Origin: Podarcis melisellensis
Lineage: Eukaryota
Assembly (NCBI GenBank): GCA_964234715.1
Contig: OZ174280.1
Length of the DNA: 64,000 bases
Strand: one strand, 5' to 3'
Below the pieces are notes generated by a model. The model ran no database searches and was not told the DNA's origin. It saw only the letters and a list, made by a program, of their open reading frames with translations. How positions within the stretch are numbered: position 1 is the first letter of the stretch; every line of letters begins with the position of its first letter. Positions 1 through 11,348 of this stretch are shown here, piece by piece. A program made the position numbers and the translations under genes.

Positions 1-99
1 GCATTTCTTTTGGGCATTTCATAACAAGTATACAGAATATATGCACACCCAAAAGCAACTTTGATTGACTGATTTATTCATTTTCTTTAAATTGTTTAG

Positions 100-248
100 C
101 TTGCAAAAAAGATCCGGGAAAAATTTAACCGGTACTTGGATGTGGTAAATCGGAACAAGCATGTGGTGGAAGCTTCATACACTGCTCATCTGACATCACC
201 TCTGACTGCAATTCAAGACTGCTGCACCATTCCGCCGTCTATGATGGA
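100..248 (+). CDS. CACHD1: CACHD1 coding exon (human exon 3 equivalent), LAKKIREKFNRYLDVVNRNKHVVEASYTAHLTSPLTAIQDCCTIPPSMME
   Basis: tttag|CTT acceptor, GA|gtaag donor, 149 nt. Translation matches the recalled CACHD1 N-terminal region. Confidence 0.96.
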
Positions 249-1837
249 GTAAGTATTCAAAAGGATCCCAACTGAGAGTTGCCTTATTAATTGGGGTAAG
301 CCCATTTGTCTGGGGACATCTTGACCTGGTCTTGGGGCAGGGCCCATGTGAGAGAGGCTTGGCGGAGCAGACGGTCTGAAATGGTTTCAAGTTGAACGCT
401 GATCCCATGGGAATTATGGACATCAGGTTGTTCCGTGAAGCCAGTATCAGTGAAACCGTTTCACTCCATGGACTGCATTCCTTTCTTCACAGCCTTCCAG
501 TGTTGTGCAGAGGTAGAAGCAAAAAGTGGGTGGACTGTTACCTTCACACAGTAGGCGTGTTTCTATAGACACATGTGCTTCTCTTTCCTCCATCTGTGAA
601 AGCAATAAGCATTATCAGTGTTCATGGACATAATTCTACCCAGGCAGAAGCATGCAAAGAGGATATAGAGAAGGAGGCTCTAAGACTTTGGCCTTGAATT
701 TGCCCTGATTTTTTGTTTGTGGCCCAGTTTAAATGGTACGTGTTGAACAATGTACTTGCATTATCAGGTCAGCTTTTAGCCACTACATGAAAGTATACGT
801 ATTTTCAGCCTAGTGCTTTGGTTTGGGAACTTGGTGCTATTGAATTTTGCTAGTGTGCTGTTAGAAACAGAAAACGTTTGCTGTAGTAAGGCATTACAGA
901 AGGAAAATTGGTTAATGTGTCAGATTTCAAAATTGATTTATAAATATGAAAGACTTGTTTGGAAAACATGATTAATGCTGCTTTTAAAAAATATCGCCGG
1001 CCTGAAAGTTGAAAAGGCTGCACATTTTTGGACTGTATGTAAAGTGCTTTGGTTGGCTGATCAATATTAATTAACAGACATAAAAGACTCTAAACAGATA
1101 ATAAAAATGCATTACAGTATATGAAACAGGATCACTTCAGTTACATAATGCGCATAAAATGATTTTATATTTATTCTCTACCTTAACTAAAGAGAGTTGG
1201 CTATGGAAATAGTGACCTTTGCTGCAATTGTGTCTTGCAAATAATTATTGAGAGTCCCAGTGAATACCGTGCAGTGGGAAGCAGGTTTACTAAAAACAGA
1301 TGGCTTTTATATGGTCTTATAAAAGCATACTTCTGTTTAATAGCTCAGGACTTCCTGAATTACACTGATAAGGCATTTGTTGGAATACAGTTACAGATTT
1401 GGTGATAAGTACATTAGCTGTGTGTGGCTTTTAATTTTTAGAAGAATTAATTTTGTAGTGCAGTTCTGAGCGCATTCTCTGCCCATACCAACCTCACTTT
1501 GCCCAGCCTATTTTGAGCCACGCTAGAAATAGCAGGGGGCTGTTCCTTATAGGAGTTACTATTTAAGTGTGTTTCCATACAGAGTACACTGGAAGCATTG
1601 AAAGGGGCTGTGCATTGATCAGTGAATATAGTTAAGTTGTGAGTGGGCAGCTCACAAATACTGTGGGCACAAGCCATGCGTTCCAAATCAACAAAGGTGT
1701 GAAGAAGAAGCTGTTAGCCTTAACCACACTGCAGCCCTTTCTTTCACATACCACTGAATGAGCAGCTCCAGCACTTCTTCACAAAATCACAAAGAGCAGT
1801 GGAAGACTTAACAGAGTTAAGGTTCCATTGGGGAACC

Positions 1838-1922
1838 ATAAGGACATAAGAAGAGCCTGCTAGATCCAGCCAGTGGCCCATTTAGTCCAGCATATAGTGG
1901 CCAACCAGTGGCCTGTGGGGAA
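1838..1922 (-). mobile_element. CR1 LINE 3' end fragment
   Basis: cataagaagagcctgctagatccagccagtggcccatttagtccagc is the antisense of a squamate CR1 3' terminus (compare 50020-50070). Confidence 0.6.
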
Positions 1923-2054
1923 TACTCTAGCATTCTCTCCTCTCCTCCCTCCTGCACTTAGTAACTGGGCTAGAATGATTTCCAGCTGGAAGGAAAGTTG
2001 TGTTAAAGAGAGGATGTGACACAGGCATGGACAATGGCAAAGTAGGCAGAGATA

Positions 2055-2311
2055 CTGTATTTTTTGCTCTATAAGACTCACTTTTTCCCTCCTAAAAAGT
2101 ATGGGGAAATATGTGTGCGTCTTATGGAGCGAATGCAGGCTGCGCAGCTATCCCAGAAACCAGAACAGCAAGAGGGATCGCTGCTTTTGCTGCTCAGCGA
2201 TCCCTCTTGTTGTTCTGGCTTCTAAGATTCAGAATATTTTTTTCCTTGTTTTCCACCTCCAAAAACTAGGTGCGTCATGGTCTGGTGTGTCTTATAGAGC
2301 GAAAAATACGG
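2055..2311. mobile_element. Non-autonomous Tc1/mariner (Tc2/pogo-like) MITE
   Basis: 23-bp TIRs CTGTATTTTTTGCTCTATAAGAC / GTCTTATAGAGCGAAAAATACGG with 2 CpG-type mismatches. TA on the left. Strong internal hairpin. Confidence 0.8.
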
Positions 2312-3962
2312 CACTTATAGAGGGCTGCTTTAGTCAGGTTTTATTATTCTATCCTGAAGCTGAGTACAGCCAGAGTCCAGGAGCCCAGCAATCTATGGTT
2401 AATGTTAACTGGTTGGTCTGAAATCAGTCAACTTCAAACCAAGGGTTATGAAGCTGAGTTATTTCAATAAACCATAGTTAAGGTTAACCATCATTTAGGG
2501 TTTGAACAGAAGGCTAAATTGCAAGTGATCTAAACCAGAAGCAAACTGGAGAGAGGCGGAAACACATAAACCCAAGATTTGCACAGGCTTCTTCCATCAT
2601 GGTGAACCATGATTTATCATGTTGACTAAACTCAACATTATTTGACTCAGTTTTTGTTCTCTGTGCCTTAATTGATTATGCTGGGTTTTTGTTTTTTAAA
2701 AGAAATCATTAAGGGACATTTTCTTTATCTCAGTACACTGAGAGAAAATCTTATCACTGTAACATATTACTTGACAAGTCTACCTTAGATTCATGAGTGT
2801 AATATTTACATGGGTAAACCAACAGATCTATTTTTGAAGATCATTTACTTCATGAATGCGATAATTGCTTCAGAAGTGGTCTGGCTCACCTTTTTAAAAT
2901 AGCTGCTTAAATATTTGCTATTGCAGTTCAGCTTTATCACAGCCTTTTCTTCTGTTTACATGCCCTCTCATGGGCTGTTAAGTTGTGAGATAAGGAGATT
3001 CCCATTCTGATCTTTCAAGTTGCTGGTGGAGTTGTATTTTCAAGAATACAAAACTGGATTTGGACTCAGCTTAATGGAATTTCAACAGTGTGCAAAGATG
3101 GCTGTAGAGATTTGGAAGGACTGAGTCTTACAGTTTTGGAGTATGTGTATTATACAAACAGTTTTCTTAAGCACTCATTTGAAATTAGTATTTGATTTGT
3201 AGGAATCCAAGTATGGGATAGGCTAGGAAGAATCCTTCTAACACAAGTATTATCAGGGCATGCAATGACAAAACTATTATTTCCGTCACAAATCGCTGCA
3301 GTGAGTTAAATTCTAGTATAATTAAGTGCTGAGAGAATAAAATAGAACCCCTCCTCATTATCATAAAATTCTGTCCTAAGTTCCTAGTTATTCTCACTAT
3401 TAATAAATAAATAAATATTTAAGAAGCCTTTGAGATTATACTTAGCACCATTCATGTTAATATAACACCAGATAAACAACATTTGTTTCATTCAGACATA
3501 TTGGAAAGTCTCCAGGTTAGTCAAATGGATAATGGTTTACTGTGTTTGCATTCCTTAAAAACAGGTGCATGCTTAAGTGCTTTCAGGATTAGAGCTCCAT
3601 TATTAGTTCATTATAACTATTTTAAAATAAAAGCCATGTTTAATATTTCAGTACTGTACTGAAATATGCAGATAAAATATTAATTACAAGAATATGCCTT
3701 GCTGTTAAAAAACAACAACTAGTTTTAGCATTTTAAATAAAATTGTTAATTTTGAATTAGTTTGTAATGTAGCTGCATTTACCCCAGGGAAAACACCTTT
3801 ATAGAAATTTAAACAAATAATGGAAAAAAGGACAGGTCTTGTCACAACAACAGATGAGTGTCATTTTTATATACACATTCTCTTTCTTCACCCCCTATTT
3901 TCTAAAACTGAAACTGCATAGAAGAAGTTGATTTACTTTGTGAATAGAGGCTGAATGCAATC

Positions 3963-4158
3963 NNNNNNNNNNNNNNNNNNNNNNNNNNNNNNNNNNNNNN
4001 NNNNNNNNNNNNNNNNNNNNNNNNNNNNNNNNNNNNNNNNNNNNNNNNNNNNNNNNNNNNNNNNNNNNNNNNNNNNNNNNNNNNNNNNNNNNNNNNNNNN
4101 NNNNNNNNNNNNNNNNNNNNNNNNNNNNNNNNNNNNNNNNNNNNNNNNNNNNNNNNNN
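3963..4158. other. Assembly gap (196 N)
   Basis: Run of N. Confidence 1.
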
Positions 4159-5190
4159 TCTTGCAAGCTAGGCAGGGAGCGAATTTCTCCATGGGGAAGA
4201 GATCAAAGTGGGAGTCACAGTTCTGTTTTCTCCCTCTGGATGCAGTTTCGATCAGTTGTTCATTAAAGTGAATCCAGAAGGAAGGGTTTTCATATAGTAG
4301 AGAAAAAGAAAGGGGGAAAGAAGAGGGTTGGGTAGTGGGAATGGATGATACTTTTTCTTGCAGCTGAAGTTAAGAGCACATTTTGATCATTTTTAATTGC
4401 AGAAACTATTTTCCACCAAAAAACTCCCCCTACCCCACCCCTGGATTGTTTGGGGATTTGTTACAGATACATTTTTTTCAAGAGTTTTTATAGAGGACAT
4501 GTTTTAAAACCTGCTTAGTTAATCTACATTCTTTTGTTTGAAAAAGATGGAGGGACTAGTTAAACAACTCCCCAGTCCCTATTTAGAGTGCCTATATATT
4601 TTGTCTGGAGATCAAGAGTTCATCTTACATTTTTTGTGATTAGTATCTTAATCATTAGGAACACGTCAGGTTTTACGTTTAAGTGCTGTTATTGTATACA
4701 TTTTAAGGATGGTGAAAAATAAAATCATGAAATTGCCAAATTGCCTGAAACAATTATTAGTACCATTAATAACATTAGTTGCTTTTAGATTTTAATGGAG
4801 GTATTGTAAGCCATGGACACCATGCAGCAACTTCCAACTAGTACATCCTCCATTTTCTTTTATGCGGAAGGTATGCACAATGGGGGGGGGGAATGCCTGT
4901 GTTCATCTGGTGCATTTTCATTCTTAAGTTATAGTGGGGGCACCTCAGTGGGACTTACATCTGAGTAAACAAAGTTAACAAGGTTGTATGAAATGAGACT
5001 AATTTCCTTAAATTTTCCTTTCCTGTAATTCATATCCCTTCTGATTTTTTTTATTTGGAAGGCAGAATGTAATGCAAGATGTTGGGAACAGACCTGGATA
5101 TGTTTAGACTTGAGCAGAAATGAGTTAGTTTGGATGGTTTCTGCTAACTTAGGTACTGTGTAAAATTTACAGAAGGATTAGCATCAAGGC

Positions 5191-5447
5191 CAGGGGTGGG
5201 CAAGGTTTTCCTCGCCTGGGCCGGTTCACTCCAGAGGAGATCCCTCCGTGGGCCGGATTGCGTGCGCGTGCCCACAATTTCCGGCGTCGGCGCATGCGCA
5301 AACGCGATTACCGGCACAGCGGAAGTGAGTCCCCACACCACATTGCGCCGGTTTAGCGCAGCGCACAGGGACTCGCTGAGCGGGCGGCTGGTTAAACAAC
5401 CTCTGTGGGCTGCTTGTGGGCCGTGGGCCTTAGGTTGCCTACCCCTG
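5191..5447. mobile_element. Non-autonomous hAT (Charlie-type) element
   Basis: TIRs CAGGGGTGGGCAA / TTGCCTACCCCTG. Perfect 8-bp TSD ATCAAGGC (5183-5190, 5448-5455). CpG-rich. Confidence 0.9.
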
Positions 5448-5744
5448 ATCAAGGCTGTGCAAAGTTGCTAACAGGCCTAAAGCAGTGCCATAGCTACCAG
5501 TTTTTTTTTTGTCTTGGGTGAACTTGGCTAGCTAGGTGTTTTGCCCTGGGTGAAGCCTCCAATCTGGAAGCTGTTGCAGCTTCCAGATTGTGTGTGTGTC
5601 CATGTGCGTCTGTGTGTGTCTGACTGTGTGTGTGTCCGTATGTGCGCGGAAATGCACATGGAGGATGCCAAACTGGGTCTTTGGCCCCAGGTGAAATAAA
5701 GCCTAGTTTCACCCCTGCCAAAAGATATGTAATAAAGGTGAAAG

Positions 5745-6120
5745 GTAAACCTCCCTTGGGGAGAGCATTCCACAAGTGGAGACTCACCATAGAATATGCC
5801 CATTCTCATGTTGCCACCCTTTGGACTTCTCATAGAAGAGGCACACAAAGTAGGGCCTCAGATGATGATCGCATCAATTCATATGGAGGAGACCGTCCTT
5901 GAAGTATTGCGATCCTGAGCCGTTTAAAGCTTTATAGGTTAAAACCAGCACTTTGAACTGGGCCCAGAAACTAATTGGCAGCTTTTGCAGTCAGGCCAGG
6001 ATTGGCGTTTATGCTCAAACTGTCTTGTTCTGTTGAGCAAGCTGACCACTGAATTCTGATCTGCTGAAGTTTCTGAACCATCTTCAGAGGCAGCCCCACG
6101 TATAATGTACTGCAGTAAAC
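5745..6120 (-). mobile_element. L2 LINE ORF2 C-terminal fragment
   Basis: Minus strand reads ...YCSTLYVGLPLKMVQKLQ...LPISFWAQFKVLVLTYKALNGSGSQYFKD..., typical of L2. Confidence 0.8.
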
Positions 6121-6217
6121 TGCTCTTCCCCTAATATAAGCTCAAGGAAGAGTCCGTATTTAAACAACAGAACTAGGTTTTTTTGTCTTATTAATTTTAC
6201 TATTGCATTCATTTTAG

Positions 6218-6324
6218 GTTTGATGGAAACTTTAACACTAATGTGTCTAGAACAATCAGCTGCGATAGACTGTCTACCACTGTGAATAGCCGAGCGTTCA
6301 ATCCTGGCCGTGACTTAAACTCTG
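6218..6324 (+). CDS. CACHD1: CACHD1 exon 4, FDGNFNTNVSRTISCDRLSTTVNSRAFNPGRDLNS
   Basis: ttttag|G acceptor, G|gtaag donor, 107 nt, phase compatible. Confidence 0.96.
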
Positions 6325-7330
6325 GTAAGTAATGCATACTTGAGCATGTAACTTCTGCCTTTTGCTGCAGAAAACCAGCATCCAGCGCCACAGCAACCGC
6401 GTTTTATCTGACGCTGCCACACTGTTTTTAATTTCCAGAACTGAATGAGAGGAATACGTTTTCCTGCAATGATGTTGATATTCCAATATACCATGTAATT
6501 GATAGGACTTTATATCAAACTTAATTTGTTTTCTGTGTAGCCATCTGCCCTGGCATCAGTAATGTCAGTTCTTCATAGTGACATTACAAAGGGGCCTCTT
6601 TGATCTTTTGAGTTCATCTAACGTAGAGGTTCTGCAGCAAACTGGCATTAACTCTGATTTATGAAGATGCCCTGAAATACTTCGCTTCTTTGATGTGCTG
6701 TGGGGTTTCTATACTGGGGATTGACCCATTTGCTTGGCACGTTATAAAGCTGGAGGTGTGGTTGCTGTCTAAGACTGCAAGACTTTTCACAAGAGATTGA
6801 GCCTTCGGTTAACACTACTTTCTTAGAATTGTTTTCAAATGGAAATAAATTAGCTTTACTGTTTAGAAAAGGGGGTGGGGAGAAACCTTTTGTCATCCAG
6901 CGTTATATGTGGTGGGGGTTTTTTTTATAGCATGGGAGGGTTCTGATTTGACTTAAACTCCTCCCCCCTCCCCCCAGAAATGAAAGGTACAGATTAAGGG
7001 GCTGTAGAGGTCAAAACGAAGGTGTGTGTGTGGGTTTATAGGAGATGTGCAGTCAACTACAGATATAGGAGTGTGTGTGTGTTTATATTATATCAGTAAT
7101 GTAGGGGGTGCAGGTGTGTGTGTTTTTTTACTGGAGAGGACTTTGTCCTACATTTTAAATGGAAAAGGACCATCTCAGGAGAAGCTGCTGTGATTGTAAC
7201 AAGCAGGGCTCACTCTTCAGTTAGCAATTACACTTTATTTTCCTTGTTACTTCTTCTCCACCCATTTCCTCTCATTGTCAGTCCTACAACTGATGATTTT
7301 GTAAAGCTTGGAGTAAAGACAGGTGCAATT

Positions 7331-7490
7331 TGGTCCAACATCCAGCAATGCAGGAATCTCAACTAGATCATACATGATAAATGGCCATCCAACTTCTGCT
7401 TAAAAACCTCCAAGGAGGGAGACTTCACTACCTTTCCAAGGGGGTCTGTTCCACTAGAACAGCTCTTACTGTCAGAAAGTTTTTCCTGGT
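7331..7490 (-). mobile_element. CR1 LINE 3' fragment
   Basis: gcaatgcaggaatctc...tggccatccaacttctgcttaaaaacctccaagga. Same family as 34752-34899. Confidence 0.75.
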
Positions 7491-7562
7491 GTGTGAAATG
7501 GTCTATGCTGGCATGGCTTCACAGCTGAAGGAACATACTCGTGAAACTTGTATTTTTATATA

Positions 7563-7718
7563 GTGTATCTTGATTTCAGCAAGGCTTTTGACAAAGTTCC
7601 CCATTATATTCTTGTGAAGAAGCTGGTAAAATGTGGGTGGCCTTGTGGGGGTTTCTGGCCTTGTGGGGGTTTGGATTAGATGACTTGGGGGTCTCTTCCA
7701 ACTCTACATTTCTATGAT
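7563..7718 (+). mobile_element. CR1 RT fragment joined to CR1 3' tail
   Basis: VYLDFSKAFDKVPHYILVKKLVKCG, then a 17-bp tandem duplication, then ggattagatgac...ttccaactctacatttctatgat. Confidence 0.8.
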
Positions 7719-10700
7719 ACCAGCATATCAAATACTAATTCAAGCCATTGGCCTTCCCTTGCTCACTTGCTGCTGTTACATCTTTCTCTAGCGGGGGCGG
7801 GGGGTGGGAATAGCAGTGCACTGAAGCAGGCTGCCTGGGATGGAACTAGCACAGCCTTCTTTTGTGTTTATTTCATTAACTTTTTCCAGGTAGAGGAGGT
7901 GGCACCAATGGCAGTGAGAGAAAGGGCAGAGTGCAGGGAGATGCATGACCGATTGCTTGAACAAGTATTCAGCTTGCTGGTATGAACACCTGTCCATTCC
8001 ACTGAGAAGCCAGGAAAGATCTGCCATGAATTCTGATTTTAATTCACATCTGTCTTCACCTTTAGTTCATTTGATGCTGTGTGGATATAGAGATTCTTCA
8101 TGGACCCACTGCCATGTAGCTGATCCTTCCCGGGTCAACTCTTCACTGTTGGTGGCTGTGTATTCTCAAAGGAGAACTATCGCTGCTGTCAATGCCATAA
8201 TAGGCCGCTATATCTGGTTCTCCTCTTGTTGGTTTAATATAGTAGAATGCAGGAAGAGATATCCTAGGAGAGGTTATGCACCTTTTGAAATGCCTTTCAG
8301 CTGTCCCAGGAATCATCCATGCTACATACACTACAGCTTTTTAGCTGAAAAGGTGGTTGAATGTTAACGAACATAAAAGGCAAATGTGGCTGGTTTCCTT
8401 CCCTTCCCTTCCCTTTTCCTTTTCTGGCTATCTGATTTATCCCTTGTGGGCCATGTGGGTTTCCATTTACAATGAATAATTATTATTTTGAGTTTAAGTC
8501 AGGAATCATATAAGTGAAGATATGGTATTAAAGAAAACACCCAGCCAGGTTTTAAATTTAGGCCCCTAATGTTCTTTAGGGAATTGCAGCATAGCTATAA
8601 AAGAATGCTGGTGCTGATGATTCTCTTCCCTATATATGCCAGGGAGTGTCATGTAGGAGCTCACTTTTTGTGAGTTTAGACTATAATCCTTTGCACTTCC
8701 TGGAAAAACAAACAAACAAACAAACAAACAAACAGTAAAGCTTCCAGCAAATTAAGGCGGAACATTACAAAACTACTCATCATTACTGATCTGTTTTGTT
8801 AAGGGATTGGGTCTGTAGAAACTCTTGAATAATGTGGTTTCTATCCAAATAGACAGATTATTCCTGATACCTAAACAGGTTTGCAGTTGACTGTAGCCTC
8901 AAAAGCCTTTCTTCCTTATCTTCATCTTCAGAAAGTTCTGATAGTTCTTTTCCTCCAGCTTGTTAGTTCATTTTGCCTTCCCTAGGGAGAGCTGCCAATT
9001 TTGCCATAACCCTGTGCTTCTTTTTCTATGACCACAGTGTACAATCTTCTGTGAGATAAGCAGGGACTACTTCAGCTGGAAAAATAAGCTTTCTAACCCC
9101 CCCCCCCCACACACACACTTTCAGGTATCCTTTTATTTTTCATCCAGTAAAGCTGCAAGAATTCCCTGCTGAGATTTCTTAGTTTCTTCCTTGCTACAAT
9201 CCCTAAGAGGTGTACTTTGGGGGTCTCCTTTTATCTTCATTCCAAGCCTTTTACTCTTTAAAATGCTTTCCTTTTATGCCATGTTCCTATGTGAGGCTTG
9301 CTAAGATGGCATCCATTGTATATATCCTAGCATTTAAACTAAGTAAGCAGGTATCTCTCTTGTTTCTGGTGCCCAGATAAATTTATTTAAAGCACAGTAG
9401 CATTGTTCCATAATGCATTGTTCCATTTATCTCCTCAAGATATTGGTTTAGCAAAAAATAACCACATTCCTGCTAACACATTCCCCCTACTAACTCCTAT
9501 CCTAGAAAGAATGACCAATCACTTTTGTAAAATTCTACCATTCTGGAGCTGTGGTGCTTTTCCTGCAGAGTTGCAGTGAGCTGTTTAAAAGGCATCCTGA
9601 AAAACTTTTTGGGGAGGTAATCGGGTTTTCTGGAAGAGTAAAAGTGCCTTAGATTAGGAGCACCTGGAATTTGCAAGCCTGCTTTTCATGACTTTTTGGC
9701 TCCTCTGTTTATATCTCTCTCCCCGCCCCCCCCCCCTTTTAACCAATGTGTATTTATATAGCTGCTAAGCGAGGATCATTCGTGCATTTGATAAAATAAG
9801 CTTATATGTGAAAGCTTAGGCACCGCAAAACTCTTTCCTTGTCCCCTCCCCCACCCCTGCCCATGAGTTAGGTAAAAATATTTGCCACATGCCCAGTAGC
9901 CGTCTCTTTATTCAGGGTTGAATCTTGGCACTGTGAAAAGGCAAAATCCTGAGGTCATCTCTTTAAGTGCAGGGTGTCGAGTAGATTTTAGAAACAGGCA
10001 TGGGTGTGAACATTTAAGAGAGGCATACTGACAATGCATGACTTTGGTGCAATGCTGTCAGCTTTGCAAAATTCCACACAAAGCCCTTATTAGTTCTTCC
10101 TGATTAAAAATTACCTTAAAGGCGTGAAGCACGTAACAGGAGTCGGGCCCCTTGTGGAGACAACCTTAAAAAACTTCAGAGAGAATGCCAAAATGATAAC
10201 GCTTGGCACTTATGGATAACACTTGCAAGATATAAAGCGTATTGGAATCATTAACTAATTAATCTTCAAACATACTAAAAATGGAACATGATTACTCATT
10301 ATGAAACAGTTACTTTAATAAGTCACATATTGAGTATTAAAGTTGAGTGCCTTAGGCTAGAATGAGAGAAGCACCCTTTCCACATTATATATGTAATATG
10401 GCAGTCCTCTATTGGAAGCTAAAAATAGATTCTCTCTCACCTCTCTCCCCCCACCCCTTTATGTCAGTTTCCTCAACTGTGCCTTATGTGTTTTAGGCAT
10501 CCTGAGGAATGGGGCGTTGAGAGGCAGGAATGTCACTTAATGCACATCTAAAGTTCTTTAAGAAAGCGTTGGGGGACCCAACCAGCCAGATGGGTGGGAT
10601 ATAAATAATTAAATTATTACGATGGGATAAAAACCTCAATCTGGATCAAATGTTTTGCAGTGCAACTTCTTTTATTGTACAGTTAAATTTCAGGTAATAA

Positions 10701-11119
10701 AAACAGCAAATTTTAAAAGTGTTCCCTCTATTGCTAGTGATAACGATTTCCCACTGTAAAACATTTTATCGTCTTTTATCATTGCATAGTGCATGCCATC
10801 AATTGACACACACTGTTGTTTGGACAAAGCTTGCCTCCTTTTGAAAATCAGTCTGTGTTTATTGTCTTTTTAACAGCTCTATATAGCTCTGCCTAAAAAG
10901 CTAACAATATGAAAGTATGACCCAATTACAATTCAGTATCATTGTTGCCCATCATAGCACCAGACCCAGTCAGTTTTGCTAACTACGCAAAAACAATAAA
11001 AGTTCAGACTTAAAGTGAAACTTTTGTTGTTGTTGTTGCCTTGTAGGTAATAACTAGCTTTAGCCAAGTACAAATACATTGTAATTTTTCAAGCTTTTCA
11101 TTGCAGTAGAAGAGATGTA

Positions 11120-11200
11120 CCATATTGACCTGAATATAAGCCACACTTTCCCCACAAATGTCCAATTTTTCAGGTGCGGCTTATATTCGGGCCAATACAG
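11120..11200. mobile_element. 81-bp Tc1/mariner-type MITE
   Basis: TA-flanked. Imperfect TIRs CCATATTGACCTGAATATAAGCCACAC / GTGCGGCTTATATTCGGGCCAATACAG. Confidence 0.75.
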
Positions 11201-11225
11201 TATGTGAATCTGGTGACCCTTAGGG

Positions 11226-11348
11226 TAAGGTTACCAGACATCCCCGTTTCCCGGGGACAGTCCCCAGATTTACAAATCAGTCCCCATACAAAATTCATTG
11301 AAGTTGAAAAGTGTCCCCGGATTCATTGAAAAAAATCTGGTAACCTTA
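11226..11348. mobile_element. Short non-autonomous hAT element
   Basis: TIRs TAAGGTTACCAGA / TCTGGTAACCTTA. 8-bp TSD CCTTAGGG/CCTTAGGA. Repeated gtcccc subterminal motifs. Confidence 0.85.

Noticed and set aside
3902-4266. ORFs running through N gaps (also 37033-37380 and 49598-49801)
   Set aside because: Artefacts of translating N as X.
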